From: Rhodoferax sp.
Lineage (GTDB): Bacteria; Pseudomonadota; Gammaproteobacteria; Burkholderiales; Burkholderiaceae_C
Assembly: GCA_029866205.1 (NCBI GenBank)
Contig: JARWZT010000004.1
Span: forward strand, 31,776-95,775
Direction of reading: 5' to 3'
DNA: 64,000 bases
The position numbers and the translations under genes were made by a program. The notes below the pieces were generated by a model. It worked only from the letters and a program-made list of their open reading frames with translations. It was not told where the DNA came from and made no database searches. Positions 18,858-30,025 of the stretch are shown here, in pieces (position 1 is the first letter of the stretch; every line of letters starts with the position of its first letter).

Positions 18858-20986
18858 ACTCTCCAAGCCAGCCAAGCAACGCGGCGGCGACGGCGCTCCT
18901 GGCGACCCTGCGACTTTGGGCCGATCAGGGCTGGCTGCGCCGGCTGGACACTGCGCTGGCCGGCCTGCTCGCTGAACTCGACCCCCAGGCCCGCCCTGCG
19001 CTGCTGGTCAGCGCCGCGCTCCTGGCCCAGATGGAAGGGCGCGGCCACACCTGCCTGCCCTTGGCCCCAATGGTCAAAGATGCGCAAGCCCTGCTGGACT
19101 GGCCGCCCGCCGCGCTTCCCGAACTCCAGCAAATGTGGAGCCAACTCCCCCCCACTTTGGCGCAATGGCTGGATGCGCTGCGCGCCAGCAGCCTGGTGCG
19201 CTGCGCCGAGAGCGGGCCGGGCGAGCCGCCCCATTCCAACGCGCAAACCGACCAAGGCCAACCCTTGGTGCTGGCCGGCACAGGGGCGGCGCCCTTGTTG
19301 TATCTGCGTCGCTACTGGCTGCAAGAACAGCAATTGGCGCACGCGGTGGGGCAGCGCGCGGGCCAGCAAACCCCTGTGGATGAAGCGGCAGCACGCCGAT
19401 GGCTCGACCGCCTGTTCGACCCGGCATCCCCTGGCGCCGCCCTCACATCTGCCCACCCCATGGATTGGCAAAAAATGGCCTGCGCGGTCGCCCTGCGCGC
19501 CGGACTTACGGTCATCACCGGGGGCCCTGGCACCGGTAAAACCTATACCGCCGCGCGCCTGTTGGCACTGCTTTATGCCATGGCGCCGCAGGCCCAAGGG
19601 TTGCGCGTGGCACTGACCGCACCCACTGGCAAGGCCGCCGCCCGCCTGCGCCAGTCCATTGACAGCGCGCTGCAAGAACTGGCAGGCCGCCTGAGTGGTG
19701 ACCTGGCCCCACAAGCCGCTAAGGAACGCCAGCGCGCACCGGGGCAGACGCTCGACTTGGCGGCGTTTGCCCAGCGCATCGGATCCGCGCGCACCCTGCA
19801 CGCACTCTTGGGTGCGCGACCGGATACGCGCCAGTTCCGGTTCAACGCCAGCCGACCGTTGGACGTGGACATTGTTATCGTCGACGAGGCCTCGATGGTG
19901 CACCTCGAAATGATGGCCGCACTGGTGCAAGCCCTGCCCCCGGGCGCCAAGCTGATCTTGCTCGGCGACAAAGACCAGCTGGCCTCGGTGGAAGCGGGTG
20001 CCGTACTGGGCGACCTGTGCCACGGCGTGGGCGCGGGCCAGTACAACGCCGCCACCGTGCGCTATGCCAAAGCCTTAACCGGCTATGACCTGACAGCCGA
20101 TTTTTGGGCAGCCGATCCCGCTGGCGCCCAGGGTGCAGGAAGCGGCGCCCGCGCACTCGCGCAGCAAACGGTCATGCTGCGCCAAAGTCGGCGTTTTGGG
20201 GGCCAGATTGGCAAGCTGGCCATCGCGGTCAACGCCGGGGACGCAGCTGCCACCCTGGACTTATTGACCAAAGACCCATCAGGCACGCTGCACGCCAGCC
20301 CAGACCACCAGGTGCAAGCGGTCGTCCACCTGGCCGTGCACGGCCGCCCCGACGCCCCCGCCTGCTATGCGGACTACCTTCGCTTGGTACAAGCCGGTCC
20401 CTCCAGTGCAGGGCACCCGGACCGGCAATCAGCGCACGCGACCTGGGTTGTTGCGGTGCTGCGCGCTTTTGATCGCTTTCGCCTGGTGTGCGCGGTCCAT
20501 GACGGCGACTGGGGGACGCGCAACCTGAACTTGGCGGTGCAACAGGCACTGACGGACGCCGGGCTTCTGAAAGCCCGCGGCGAGTGGTTTGTCGGCCGCC
20601 CGGCCATGGTGACGCGCAATGACGCAGAGCTGGGGGTCTTCAATGGCGATGTGGGCATTACCCTGCCCGCGCTCGACCCGGCTGCCGCACTGCGGGTGTA
20701 TTTTCTGGACGGCGACACACTGCGCTCGGTCGCCAGCAGCCGTCTGCCGCAAGTGGAAACCGCGTTTGCCATGACCGTGCACAAATGCCAGGGCTCAGAG
20801 TTCTTGCATACCGCGCTGGTCTTGCCCCACGCCGACGCCCGGGTGCTCACCCGTGAGTTGGTCTACACCGGCATCACCCGTGCCCGAGAGCGCTTTACGT
20901 TGCTGCAAGCCCAACCCGGCGCACTCCTGGCCGCAATCGCCCGACCCTCGCAACGCGCCAGTGGGCTGGCAGTGCAACTGGCCTGA
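18854..20986 (+). CDS. recD: exodeoxyribonuclease V alpha subunit RecD
   Basis: Contains ITGGPGTGKTYTAA (Walker A), IVIVDEASMV (Walker B) and a C-terminal AMTVHKCQGSEF motif. ATGA overlap with recB. Confidence 0.9.
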   Translation: MNSPSQPSNAAATALLATLRLWADQGWLRRLDTALAGLLAELDPQARPALLVSAALLAQMEGRGHTCLPLAPMVKDAQALLDWPPAALPELQQMWSQLPPTLAQWLDALRASSLVRCAESGPGEPPHSNAQTDQGQPLVLAGTGAAPLLYLRRYWLQEQQLAHAVGQRAGQQTPVDEAAARRWLDRLFDPASPGAALTSAHPMDWQKMACAVALRAGLTVITGGPGTGKTYTAARLLALLYAMAPQAQGLRVALTAPTGKAAARLRQSIDSALQELAGRLSGDLAPQAAKERQRAPGQTLDLAAFAQRIGSARTLHALLGARPDTRQFRFNASRPLDVDIVIVDEASMVHLEMMAALVQALPPGAKLILLGDKDQLASVEAGAVLGDLCHGVGAGQYNAATVRYAKALTGYDLTADFWAADPAGAQGAGSGARALAQQTVMLRQSRRFGGQIGKLAIAVNAGDAAATLDLLTKDPSGTLHASPDHQVQAVVHLAVHGRPDAPACYADYLRLVQAGPSSAGHPDRQSAHATWVVAVLRAFDRFRLVCAVHDGDWGTRNLNLAVQQALTDAGLLKARGEWFVGRPAMVTRNDAELGVFNGDVGITLPALDPAAALRVYFLDGDTLRSVASSRLPQVETAFAMTVHKCQGSEFLHTALVLPHADARVLTRELVYTGITRARERFTLLQAQPGALLAAIARPSQRASGLAVQLA

Positions 20987-21160
20987 GCGGAAACTGGAGC
21001 CTAAGTCCTGCCCCAGAGCTCCGTAAGACCCTAGGCGGGGGTATTGAGATGACCCAATAGAGGGCGTCACAACTCTGCACTGCGGACCCCGTGGTCCGCT
21101 TGAATTTCCTCAGGCGGAAAAAAATCTGCAGCTTCAGCGGGCTTTCATGTCCGGCCGGCC

Positions 21161-21189
21161 CTTGAACTGCCTTCAAATGCCCTTATCAT
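21161..21189 (+). promoter_or_regulatory. sigma32 (RpoH)-type heat-shock promoter of groESL
   Basis: CTTGAA-13 nt-CCCTTATCAT resembles the CTTGAAA-N13-14-CCCCATNT consensus and lies immediately 5' of CIRCE. Confidence 0.5.
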
Positions 21190-21215
21190 TAGCACTCGTA
21201 GGAGTTGAGTGCTAA
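21189..21215. promoter_or_regulatory. CIRCE operator (HrcA binding site)
   Basis: TTAGCACTC-GTAGGAGTT-GAGTGCTAA is a perfect match to the TTAGCACTC-N9-GAGTGCTAA consensus, 85 nt upstream of groES. Confidence 0.9.
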
Positions 21216-21299
21216 CAACACCGGTTCCTCAAGCAATGCGCTGTGTCCCCGGTTTGGGGTACATGGTTGTTATCTGTTTCAAACCCAAGGAGATTTCTC

Positions 21300-21593
21300 A
21301 TGAAACTGCGCCCATTGGCAGACCGCGTGATTGTTAAGCGCGTCGAAAGCGAAACCAAAACCGCCTCCGGCATCTACATCCCCGACAACGCTGCTGAAAA
21401 GCCTGACCAAGGTGAAGTCCTGGCCGTAGGCCCTGGCAAGCGCAATGACAAAGGCGAAGTTGCCGCATTGACCGTCAAGGTCGGCGATCGCGTCCTGTTC
21501 GGCAAGTACAGCGGCCAAACCGTCAAAGTCGACGGCGATGAATTGCTCGTCATGAAAGAAGACGATTTGTTTGCAGTGGTGGAATCGAAGTAA
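21300..21593 (+). CDS. groES: co-chaperonin GroES
   Basis: [29 protein letters not shown]..., 97 aa, with an AAGGAG RBS upstream. Confidence 0.95.
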   Translation: MKLRPLADRVIVKRVESETKTASGIYIPDNAAEKPDQGEVLAVGPGKRNDKGEVAALTVKVGDRVLFGKYSGQTVKVDGDELLVMKEDDLFAVVESK

Positions 21594-21617
21594 TTCCTAC
21601 CGCAACGCATTTATTAA

Positions 21618-23300
<1,683 letters not shown>

Positions 23301-23346
23301 GCCCACGCTGGCCGGGCAAGACCGCAAGGTCTTGCGCGCCGACACC

Positions 23347-23386
23347 AAAACCCCGCAGGGCTTGCGCCTTGCGGGGTTTTTTACTT
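23347..23386 (+). terminator. Rho-independent terminator of groESL
   Basis: An 11-bp GC-rich stem (CCCCGCAGGGC/GCGCCTTGCGGGG) with a TTGC loop, followed by TTTTTTACTTTTT. Confidence 0.8.
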
Positions 23387-23423
23387 TTTCGAGCAAGTCT
23401 TTGAGGCTGTCGCGCTGCGGGAG

Positions 23424-23996
23424 TTACCGTGCCAGCGACTTGAGCGCGAGCTTGATGCCCTCGCTCACGCCGATATCGCCCGGCAGGGCTTTGAGTGCCA
23501 AAGCAGCCTCTTTGTCGTTGTAGCCCAGCGCCACCAGCGCCTGCAAAATGTCAGATTGCGCGCCGTCGGCTGCGCCCAAGGGCGCACCCATATCCGCACC
23601 GAGCTTGCCTTTGAGCTCCAGCAGCAAGCGCTGGGCGGTTTTTGCGCCAATGCCGGGCACCTTGGTCAGGCGACCCGACTCTTGCAGCGTGATGGCCTGC
23701 GCCAGATCGGCCACGCTCATGCCCGAGAGCACCGACAAGGCGGTGCGCGGGCCCACGCCCGAGATCTTGATCAGCTCGCGAAACGCCGCACGCTCTTGCG
23801 CGGAACCAAAGCCATAGAGGATTTGCGCATCTTCGCGCACCACAAAATGCGTCAGTAGCGACACCTTTTCGCCCAATGCGGGCAGGTTGTAAAAAGTGCT
23901 CATGGGCACCTGCACCTCGTAGCCCACTCCGCCGCAGTCCACCATCACTTGTGGCGGGTTTTTGTCGCTCAGGGTTCCTGTGAGTTTGCCAATCAT
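23424..23996 (-). CDS. ruvA: Holliday junction helicase subunit RuvA
   Basis: MIGKLTGTL...[12 protein letters not shown]...[10 protein letters not shown]...[18 protein letters not shown]; 190 aa. Confidence 0.9.
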   Translation of the reverse strand: MIGKLTGTLSDKNPPQVMVDCGGVGYEVQVPMSTFYNLPALGEKVSLLTHFVVREDAQILYGFGSAQERAAFRELIKISGVGPRTALSVLSGMSVADLAQAITLQESGRLTKVPGIGAKTAQRLLLELKGKLGADMGAPLGAADGAQSDILQALVALGYNDKEAALALKALPGDIGVSEGIKLALKSLAR

Positions 23997-24034
23997 GGGG
24001 TGCCTTTGTTGTAAATGCCTATCATTGGGGTGGC

Positions 24035-25126
24035 ATGGCGCATTTCACCGCCCCGCCCTTTGTCACCCAGCCCGGAATTATCAACTTGATTCTCAGACAC
24101 CTTTTCTCTCCGCTCAACAACACCCGGCTGTCGCACCTTTGTGGCCCCACCGACGAGCATCTGCGAACCATCGAGGCCGCACTGGACGTGCGAATTGCCC
24201 ATCGACACGAGCAATTCAAGGTCGAAGGCACCAAAGTCAAGGCCCAGCGCGCCATGGATGTGCTGCAGGCCCTGTACGAAATGGCCGCGCGCGCCATACC
24301 TGCAGCCACGGTGCAGCTCATGCTCTCAGGCGACGGATCGGCCGAACTGAGTGACGGCCCCACGCTGTCCACCCGGCGCGCCGACCTCAAGCCCCGCAGT
24401 ACCAACCAGGCGCTGTACCTTGACAACATTGCCAGCCACGACATCACCCTCGGCATTGGCCCAGCAGGCACCGGCAAAACTTACCTGGCGGTGGCCGCTG
24501 CCGTGGACGCCCTGCAACGCAGTGCGGTACAGCGCATTGTGCTCACCCGCCCGGCCGTGGAAGCCGGCGAGCGCCTGGGATTTTTGCCCGGCGACCTGAA
24601 CCAAAAGGTCGACCCCTATTTGCGCCCCCTGTATGACGCGCTTTACGACCTGATGGGCTTTGAGCAAGTGCAAAAAGCCTTTGAGCGCCAGGCACTGGAG
24701 ATTGCACCACTGGCTTTCATGCGCGGGCGCACGCTGAACAACGCGTTTGTGATTTTGGACGAGGCGCAAAACACCACGCCCGAGCAGATGAAGATGTTCC
24801 TGACCCGCATCGGCTTTGGCACCAAAACCGTGATCACCGGCGATGTGAGCCAGATCGACCTGCCCAAAACCCAGCTCAGCGGCCTGATTGACGCTGAGCG
24901 CACACTGCGCCGGGTCGAAGGCATTGCCATCACCCGCCTGACCAGCATCGACATCGTGCGCCACCCACTGGTCGCGCGCATTGTGGACGCCTACGACGCC
25001 GCCCGCGCGCAAGAAGAAATCGCACTGGCGCTGGGCAACGCCCCGGCGCTGCCGGAGCCTGAGGTGGTCCCAGCCCGCACCGGCCTGCCCAAAACCCGCG
25101 CGCCGCGCAGCAAGACCACGCGGTAA
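24035..25126 (+). CDS. ybeZ: PhoH-like ATPase (YbeZ)
   Basis: [18 protein letters not shown] (Walker A), [11 protein letters not shown], and a KH-like N-terminal region. Start may lie downstream of 24035. Confidence 0.85.
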   Translation: MAHFTAPPFVTQPGIINLILRHLFSPLNNTRLSHLCGPTDEHLRTIEAALDVRIAHRHEQFKVEGTKVKAQRAMDVLQALYEMAARAIPAATVQLMLSGDGSAELSDGPTLSTRRADLKPRSTNQALYLDNIASHDITLGIGPAGTGKTYLAVAAAVDALQRSAVQRIVLTRPAVEAGERLGFLPGDLNQKVDPYLRPLYDALYDLMGFEQVQKAFERQALEIAPLAFMRGRTLNNAFVILDEAQNTTPEQMKMFLTRIGFGTKTVITGDVSQIDLPKTQLSGLIDAERTLRRVEGIAITRLTSIDIVRHPLVARIVDAYDAARAQEEIALALGNAPALPEPEVVPARTGLPKTRAPRSKTTR

Positions 25127-25144
25127 ACCCACCCCTTTTGACGA

Positions 25145-25606
25145 TTGATTGATTCACCCATGCTGCACGCCCTGACCCTGTCCCTGCAATTCGGCAAACT
25201 GCCTGACGCCGAAGTTCACCGCGCCGCCCTGCCCCGCCACAAAGTGGCGCGCTGGCTGCGCCACGCCCTGGCCAGCGACGCTGAAATCACCGTGCGCATC
25301 GTCGATGCGCCCGAGGGCCAGGAACTGAACCGCGAATACCGCAAAAAAGACTACGCCACCAACGTGCTGACGTTTGACTACACGCTAGAACCGGTTGTTA
25401 CCGCCGACCTGGTGCTGTGCGCGCCGGTGGTAGCCCTGGAGGCCAAAGACCAGGGCAAAACCCTGCAAGCCCACTACGCCCACCTCATCGTTCACGGCGC
25501 CCTGCACGCCCAAGGCTGGGACCACGAACTCGACGAAGACGCGCAGGTGATGGAGCTGCGCGAGAGCGAAGTCATGGCGCGCTTGGGGTTTGAGAATCCG
25601 TATTGA
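25145..25606 (+). CDS. ybeY: rRNA maturation endoribonuclease YbeY
   Basis: HLIVHGALHAQGWDH zinc motif; follows the phoH-like gene as in most bacteria. Confidence 0.85.
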   Translation: MIDSPMLHALTLSLQFGKLPDAEVHRAALPRHKVARWLRHALASDAEITVRIVDAPEGQELNREYRKKDYATNVLTFDYTLEPVVTADLVLCAPVVALEAKDQGKTLQAHYAHLIVHGALHAQGWDHELDEDAQVMELRESEVMARLGFENPY

Positions 25607-25730
25607 GAAAAATGAACGAAGCATCGTCCGCAGATTTTGAAATCCAATTGGCTTCCAGCGAAGGCCCCATTCACACCGCAGGCATGCGCTATATTGATCG
25701 CGGATAGTTCATTTTGTAATTTGGAGGTGC

Positions 25731-26651
25731 TTGGTGGCAGACAGTGAAAACCTAGATTTTTCAAAAGGCTGCGCTTTTGTGCGAGGTCAGTATGTGCCCA
25801 TCGCACAGGCCAGTATCCCGATGACCGACTTGGGTTTTTTGCATTCGGATGCGACGTACGATGTTGTCACCGTCTGGGATGGTGCATTTTTCAGATTAGA
25901 CGCACATTTGGAGCGATTTAAACGGAGCTGTGAACACTGGAGACTAGACCCAGGTGTGACGGACCCAGAGATTACGGCGATCCTCAGCCACTGCGTCCGG
26001 CTTAGCGGCTTGCGCCAGTCTTATGTTGAGATGATTTGCACGCGCGGCCAGACCCCATGGGGGTCGCGCGACCCAAGACAGGCGGTCAACCAGTTTTATG
26101 CCTTTGCTGTTCCATTTGTTTGGCTGGCAAATGAACAGCAACGCGCAAACGGACTCCATCTAAAAATCAGTGGCGTCCAGCGTATTCCGGCATCTTCGGT
26201 CGACCCTACGATCAAAAACTACCACTGGAATGACCTCACCATGGGTCTTTTAGGGGCACTGGACGAAGGCGCCGACAGTGTGCTTCTTGTCAACGCGCAA
26301 GGGCAAATCGTAGAGGGGCCGGGATTCAATGTATTTTGCGTGCGAGACGGATCGGTAATCACGCCAGACCACGGAATGCTCGAAGGTGTTACGCGCAAGA
26401 CGGTGATTGAAATTGCCCATTCTCTTGATCTGCCGGTGGAGGTACGACCTGTATCTGCGGAAGAGTTCAAGTCGGCAAATGAGGTATTTATCTCTTCCTC
26501 GGGTGGGGGTGTTTTGCCAGTAACCCGGTTGGACGGCAATGCCGTTGGCAGGGGCGAAATCGGCGCCGTTACCCGGCAACTGGCCGAGGCCTATTGGGCC
26601 TTACATAAAGAGCCTTCCTTTAACTTGCCAATAAGTTACACGCCACCTTGA
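25731..26651 (+). CDS. PLP fold-type IV aminotransferase, (R)-selective amine transaminase-like
   Basis: TTG start preceded by GGAGG. HSDATYDVVTVWDGAFFRLDAHLERF, YVEMICTRG, DPTIKNYHW (catalytic Lys) and EGPGFNVF...GVTRKTVIE closely resemble my recollection of fungal/actinobacterial R-amine transaminases. The gene is visibly AT-richer than its flanks. Confidence 0.8.
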   Translation: MVADSENLDFSKGCAFVRGQYVPIAQASIPMTDLGFLHSDATYDVVTVWDGAFFRLDAHLERFKRSCEHWRLDPGVTDPEITAILSHCVRLSGLRQSYVEMICTRGQTPWGSRDPRQAVNQFYAFAVPFVWLANEQQRANGLHLKISGVQRIPASSVDPTIKNYHWNDLTMGLLGALDEGADSVLLVNAQGQIVEGPGFNVFCVRDGSVITPDHGMLEGVTRKTVIEIAHSLDLPVEVRPVSAEEFKSANEVFISSSGGGVLPVTRLDGNAVGRGEIGAVTRQLAEAYWALHKEPSFNLPISYTPP

Positions 26652-28066
26652 TGAGCCAGCAGGCCCAAGCTCCCAGCACTTTGCCTGCCGTTGATGCAGC
26701 ACAACGCCGCCTGGTACAGGTGCTGTTTGTGGGTGTCTTCATGGCAGCACTCGATTCAGCTATTGTGGGTCCGGTCTTGCCCGCATTGCGTGCGGCCTTT
26801 GGTGTCGACAACCGTACCGCTGGACTGCTATCCACCGTTTTCGCCCTGAGTTCGATGTGCAGTACAGCGCTCATGGCTTACTTCAGCGACCGCCATGGGC
26901 GCCGTCCGGTGTACCTGTTCAGTGTGGCGCTTTTTGCCATCGGCTCACTGTGCATCGCTGCGGCTCCCAGGTTTGATCTGCTGCTGATCAGCCGGGCGAT
27001 CCAGGGCATCGGCGCAGGGGGTATTGCACCGGTGGCCAGTGCGGTTATTGGCGATGTGTTCACCGCCGAGCGGAGGGGCCGTATTCTGGGACTGCTGGGC
27101 GCTACCCATGGCATGGCCTTTGTGCTCGGGCCGCCGCTGGCGACCCTGCTCACATCCACGCTGGGCTGGAGATGGCTGTTCCTGGTGAATATTCCCGTCG
27201 CTCTGGTCGTGCTGTGGTTGGGTGCGCGCAGCTTGCCAGGTCAGCCAACCGACTTGGCGCCCGGGCCTATTGACACCGGCGGTATTACCGTGACTACTTT
27301 GTTCCTGCTGTGTCTGGTATTGGGGATTTCGCGCCTGCCGGACTCAGCCACCGGGATGCTCTTGTGGCCTTGGTTTTTGGCGGCCAGCGGCATACTGTTA
27401 GCCGCTTTGGTGGTGATTGAGAGGCGACAAACGCACGCCTTGATTCCCCTTGAATTGTTTGCAAACCGGCAATTGGCTTATACCTATTTGCTGACGCTAG
27501 GCGTGGGGTTTTCTATGGGTGGCATCGTATTTTTGACCACCATTGCCACGCTGGCTTATGGGGTCAGTGTCGAGCACGCGGGACTGGCACTGCTGCCTCT
27601 GGTCTTGTGCTCCATGGTGGGTTCAATGGCCGCGGGTCGGCTGCTCAACCGTCTGGGTGCCCGAAACCTGGTCCTCTTTGGATTTGGGGTACTGTCGCTT
27701 GGCTACCTGCAGAGCGCCGTGCCACAGACGGGTCTTGCCGCGTTTGTGGTGGCGTCGGTGCTGGTGGGTATTGGCGTAGGTGTGGTGGTCAGCGGGGCGC
27801 TGCGCTCGGTTGCCATCGATGAGGCGCCGCCCGCGCTGCGCGGCAGAGCGCAGGGGCTGATCAATATTTTCAACGCGGTGGGAACTCTGCTGGCTGTGAC
27901 CTGCATCAGCGCCATTGCTGATTTTGAAGGCGGTGATCTGACCGGTTTTAGCCATGCCTATCTGGCCATGGGGTCGAGCATGCTCGTGATGCTTTTTATT
28001 GCGTTCGGACTTAAAAAGAAGTCAGCCTCATCTGTGACCGGGCCAAGCCCTCGCATCGGCAAATAA
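26651..28066 (+). CDS. MFS transporter (DHA2/EmrB-like, about 14 TMS)
   Basis: The ATG at 26651 overlaps the aminotransferase stop (TGATG). Multiple TM segments and an MFS motif (SDRHGRRPV). Confidence 0.75.
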   Translation: MSQQAQAPSTLPAVDAAQRRLVQVLFVGVFMAALDSAIVGPVLPALRAAFGVDNRTAGLLSTVFALSSMCSTALMAYFSDRHGRRPVYLFSVALFAIGSLCIAAAPRFDLLLISRAIQGIGAGGIAPVASAVIGDVFTAERRGRILGLLGATHGMAFVLGPPLATLLTSTLGWRWLFLVNIPVALVVLWLGARSLPGQPTDLAPGPIDTGGITVTTLFLLCLVLGISRLPDSATGMLLWPWFLAASGILLAALVVIERRQTHALIPLELFANRQLAYTYLLTLGVGFSMGGIVFLTTIATLAYGVSVEHAGLALLPLVLCSMVGSMAAGRLLNRLGARNLVLFGFGVLSLGYLQSAVPQTGLAAFVVASVLVGIGVGVVVSGALRSVAIDEAPPALRGRAQGLINIFNAVGTLLAVTCISAIADFEGGDLTGFSHAYLAMGSSMLVMLFIAFGLKKKSASSVTGPSPRIGK

Positions 28067-28134
28067 TGGCGCACCAAACGCGATACATCAGCTGAGACGC
28101 AGCCAGACCGCAAAACCATGCGAACCACTTTGAA

Positions 28135-28788
28135 TCAATAAACGCCTTTGGGCCGTGCAATGCCCTGCTCTGGGCGGCGCGCCAGCCAGCGGACTCGGCG
28201 GCAGTAGGCGACAAAGCGCCTCGCGCGTCGCTGCAGCCATCGCTTCCATACGGCATCTGCGCTGCGCGACCGCCCCAGCCGAGAGGGCAAGTAATGCATC
28301 AAAGCCAACAGGCTGGCATAGAGGACGAGCTTGCCCGCAAACACCATCAACCCAATAGCAACAGGCGTCACGCCGCTCAAGGCGAGAACCGCAATCGAAG
28401 TGCGCGGGGTGTCCGGGAAAGCCGCCAGCAGCACCAAGGTGGCGGGCCCCCAGGCGCGCACGGTCGTCAGGGCTTGGTCCCATTGCGCGCCCATGAGCTG
28501 CAGGCCCAGCCATTCGGCCGACGCGCTCAGGGTTCCCAGCAGCAAGGCCAAAAGAAAGGCACTCATTGCGGAAGCCACCGCAAACACCAGCACAATGAGC
28601 TTGCCTCGTTGGGGTTGCAGAATGCCCAAGGCCAGCACAAAAACTTCTGCCGGCAACATCGGCACAAATCCATCAAAAACCGACAAAAGTGCAAGGAACA
28701 CCAAGGTGCGTAGCTCGGTACCGTGGCGCAGCAGTGCGGCTTGCGCCCACTTGATCCAACGCTGAAGCAGTGAACGCAGGTAGTGCAT
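28135..28788 (-). CDS. integral membrane protein, possibly DedA/VTT-like
   Basis: 217 aa with 4-5 hydrophobic segments and FDGFVPMLPAEVFVLALG, reminiscent of DedA family proteins. Weak assignment. Confidence 0.4.
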   Translation of the reverse strand: MHYLRSLLQRWIKWAQAALLRHGTELRTLVFLALLSVFDGFVPMLPAEVFVLALGILQPQRGKLIVLVFAVASAMSAFLLALLLGTLSASAEWLGLQLMGAQWDQALTTVRAWGPATLVLLAAFPDTPRTSIAVLALSGVTPVAIGLMVFAGKLVLYASLLALMHYLPSRLGRSRSADAVWKRWLQRRARRFVAYCRRVRWLARRPEQGIARPKGVY

Positions 28789-28794
28789 ACCGTG

Positions 28795-29532
28795 CTAGCG
28801 ATTGATCATGATGGCCTCTGCCAACGCGGGGCTGATACGGCTAATCACACGCAGCAGCGCGGAGGCGCCTACATAAATCTCCGGCTTACCCGCCGCAATG
28901 CCGCGCACGATCTGGCCTGCAGCCGATTGCGCCGAGATCTTGCCCCGCCCGCGGCCCCGGGTCATGTCGGTATCCACTAGCGGGGGCAAAGCCTCGGTCA
29001 CCGCAATGGGCCACTGCGCATGGCGCAGTTGCGCGCGCAGCGATTTGGCAAAGGACCGCAAGCCTGCTTTGTTGGCGCAGTACACCGGGCTGCTTCGTTT
29101 AGGGGCCAGCGCCAGACCCGAGGTGACAAACACAATCCGCGCATCGGCTTGGTGGCGCAGGTGGGGCAGCATGGACTGGGTGAGTTCCACCGGCCCGATG
29201 AAATTGATGGCCGTCTCTTGCTGCGTTGTGAAGTCCAATGCCTCGCCGTGTTGGGTGAAGTCATGCAGCTGCTGCACGCCTGCGTTGTGAATCAGCAAAT
29301 TGACTCCTTTGCCTTGCATGCGCGCCACCAGCTCAGCGCGCTGATTTGCATCGGACTGGTCAAAAACGAGCCAGTTGGCCCGAGGGCAGTCTTGTTGGGC
29401 TTGTTCAACGCTGGCGCTGGTGCGGCCGGTGGCAGTGACTGCAGCGCCCTTTTCCAGCAATAGATCTACCATTGCACGGCCAATACCTCGGGTCCCCCCG
29501 GTGACCACGGCGTGGGTCTGGGTCCAGTTCAT
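28795..29532 (-). CDS. short-chain dehydrogenase/reductase (SDR)
   Basis: VVTGGTRGIGRA (TGxxxGxG), NAG motif and YCANKAG (YxxxK); 245 aa. Confidence 0.8.
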   Translation of the reverse strand: MNWTQTHAVVTGGTRGIGRAMVDLLLEKGAAVTATGRTSASVEQAQQDCPRANWLVFDQSDANQRAELVARMQGKGVNLLIHNAGVQQLHDFTQHGEALDFTTQQETAINFIGPVELTQSMLPHLRHQADARIVFVTSGLALAPKRSSPVYCANKAGLRSFAKSLRAQLRHAQWPIAVTEALPPLVDTDMTRGRGRGKISAQSAAGQIVRGIAAGKPEIYVGASALLRVISRISPALAEAIMINR

Positions 29533-29563
29533 GCTTTTTCTTTCTTGAAGCTTGGGCTGCGCG

Positions 29564-30019
29564 TCATGCCACCCGCATTGGAATCGTCACCGGCCCGTCA
29601 TTGACCAGTTCCACCTGCATATCCGCCGCAAACACGCCGGTGGCCACCTCGCTGTGCAGGGCGCGTGCCTGTTGCACAAAGTAGTCGTACAGGGCCAAGC
29701 CCACGTCAGGGGCGGCAGCGTTTTTAAAGCTGGGGCGGTTGCCGCCCGTAGTATCAGCAGCCAGGGTGAACTGGCTGACGATTAACAGGCCGCCGTGGCT
29801 GCCCGCGCCGTCCAGGTCTTGCACGCAGCGGTTCATCTTGCCTTGCGCGTCGCCGAAAATGCGCAGTTTCAAAATTTTGGCCAGCAGTTTGTCCGCCTGC
29901 ACCGGGGTGTCGCCCTGCTCGGCGCATACCAACACCAGCAGGCCCGCGCCAATCTGCCCGTTCAGCACACCGTCAATGGTGACGCTGGCGCGACACACCC
30001 GCTGGATCAGCGCCTGCAT
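29564..30019 (-). CDS. dtd: D-aminoacyl-tRNA deacylase
   Basis: [17 protein letters not shown]...[11 protein letters not shown]...[16 protein letters not shown]; 151 aa. Confidence 0.9.
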   Translation of the reverse strand: MQALIQRVCRASVTIDGVLNGQIGAGLLVLVCAEQGDTPVQADKLLAKILKLRIFGDAQGKMNRCVQDLDGAGSHGGLLIVSQFTLAADTTGGNRPSFKNAAAPDVGLALYDYFVQQARALHSEVATGVFAADMQVELVNDGPVTIPMRVA

Positions 30020-30025
30020 GGCCGC

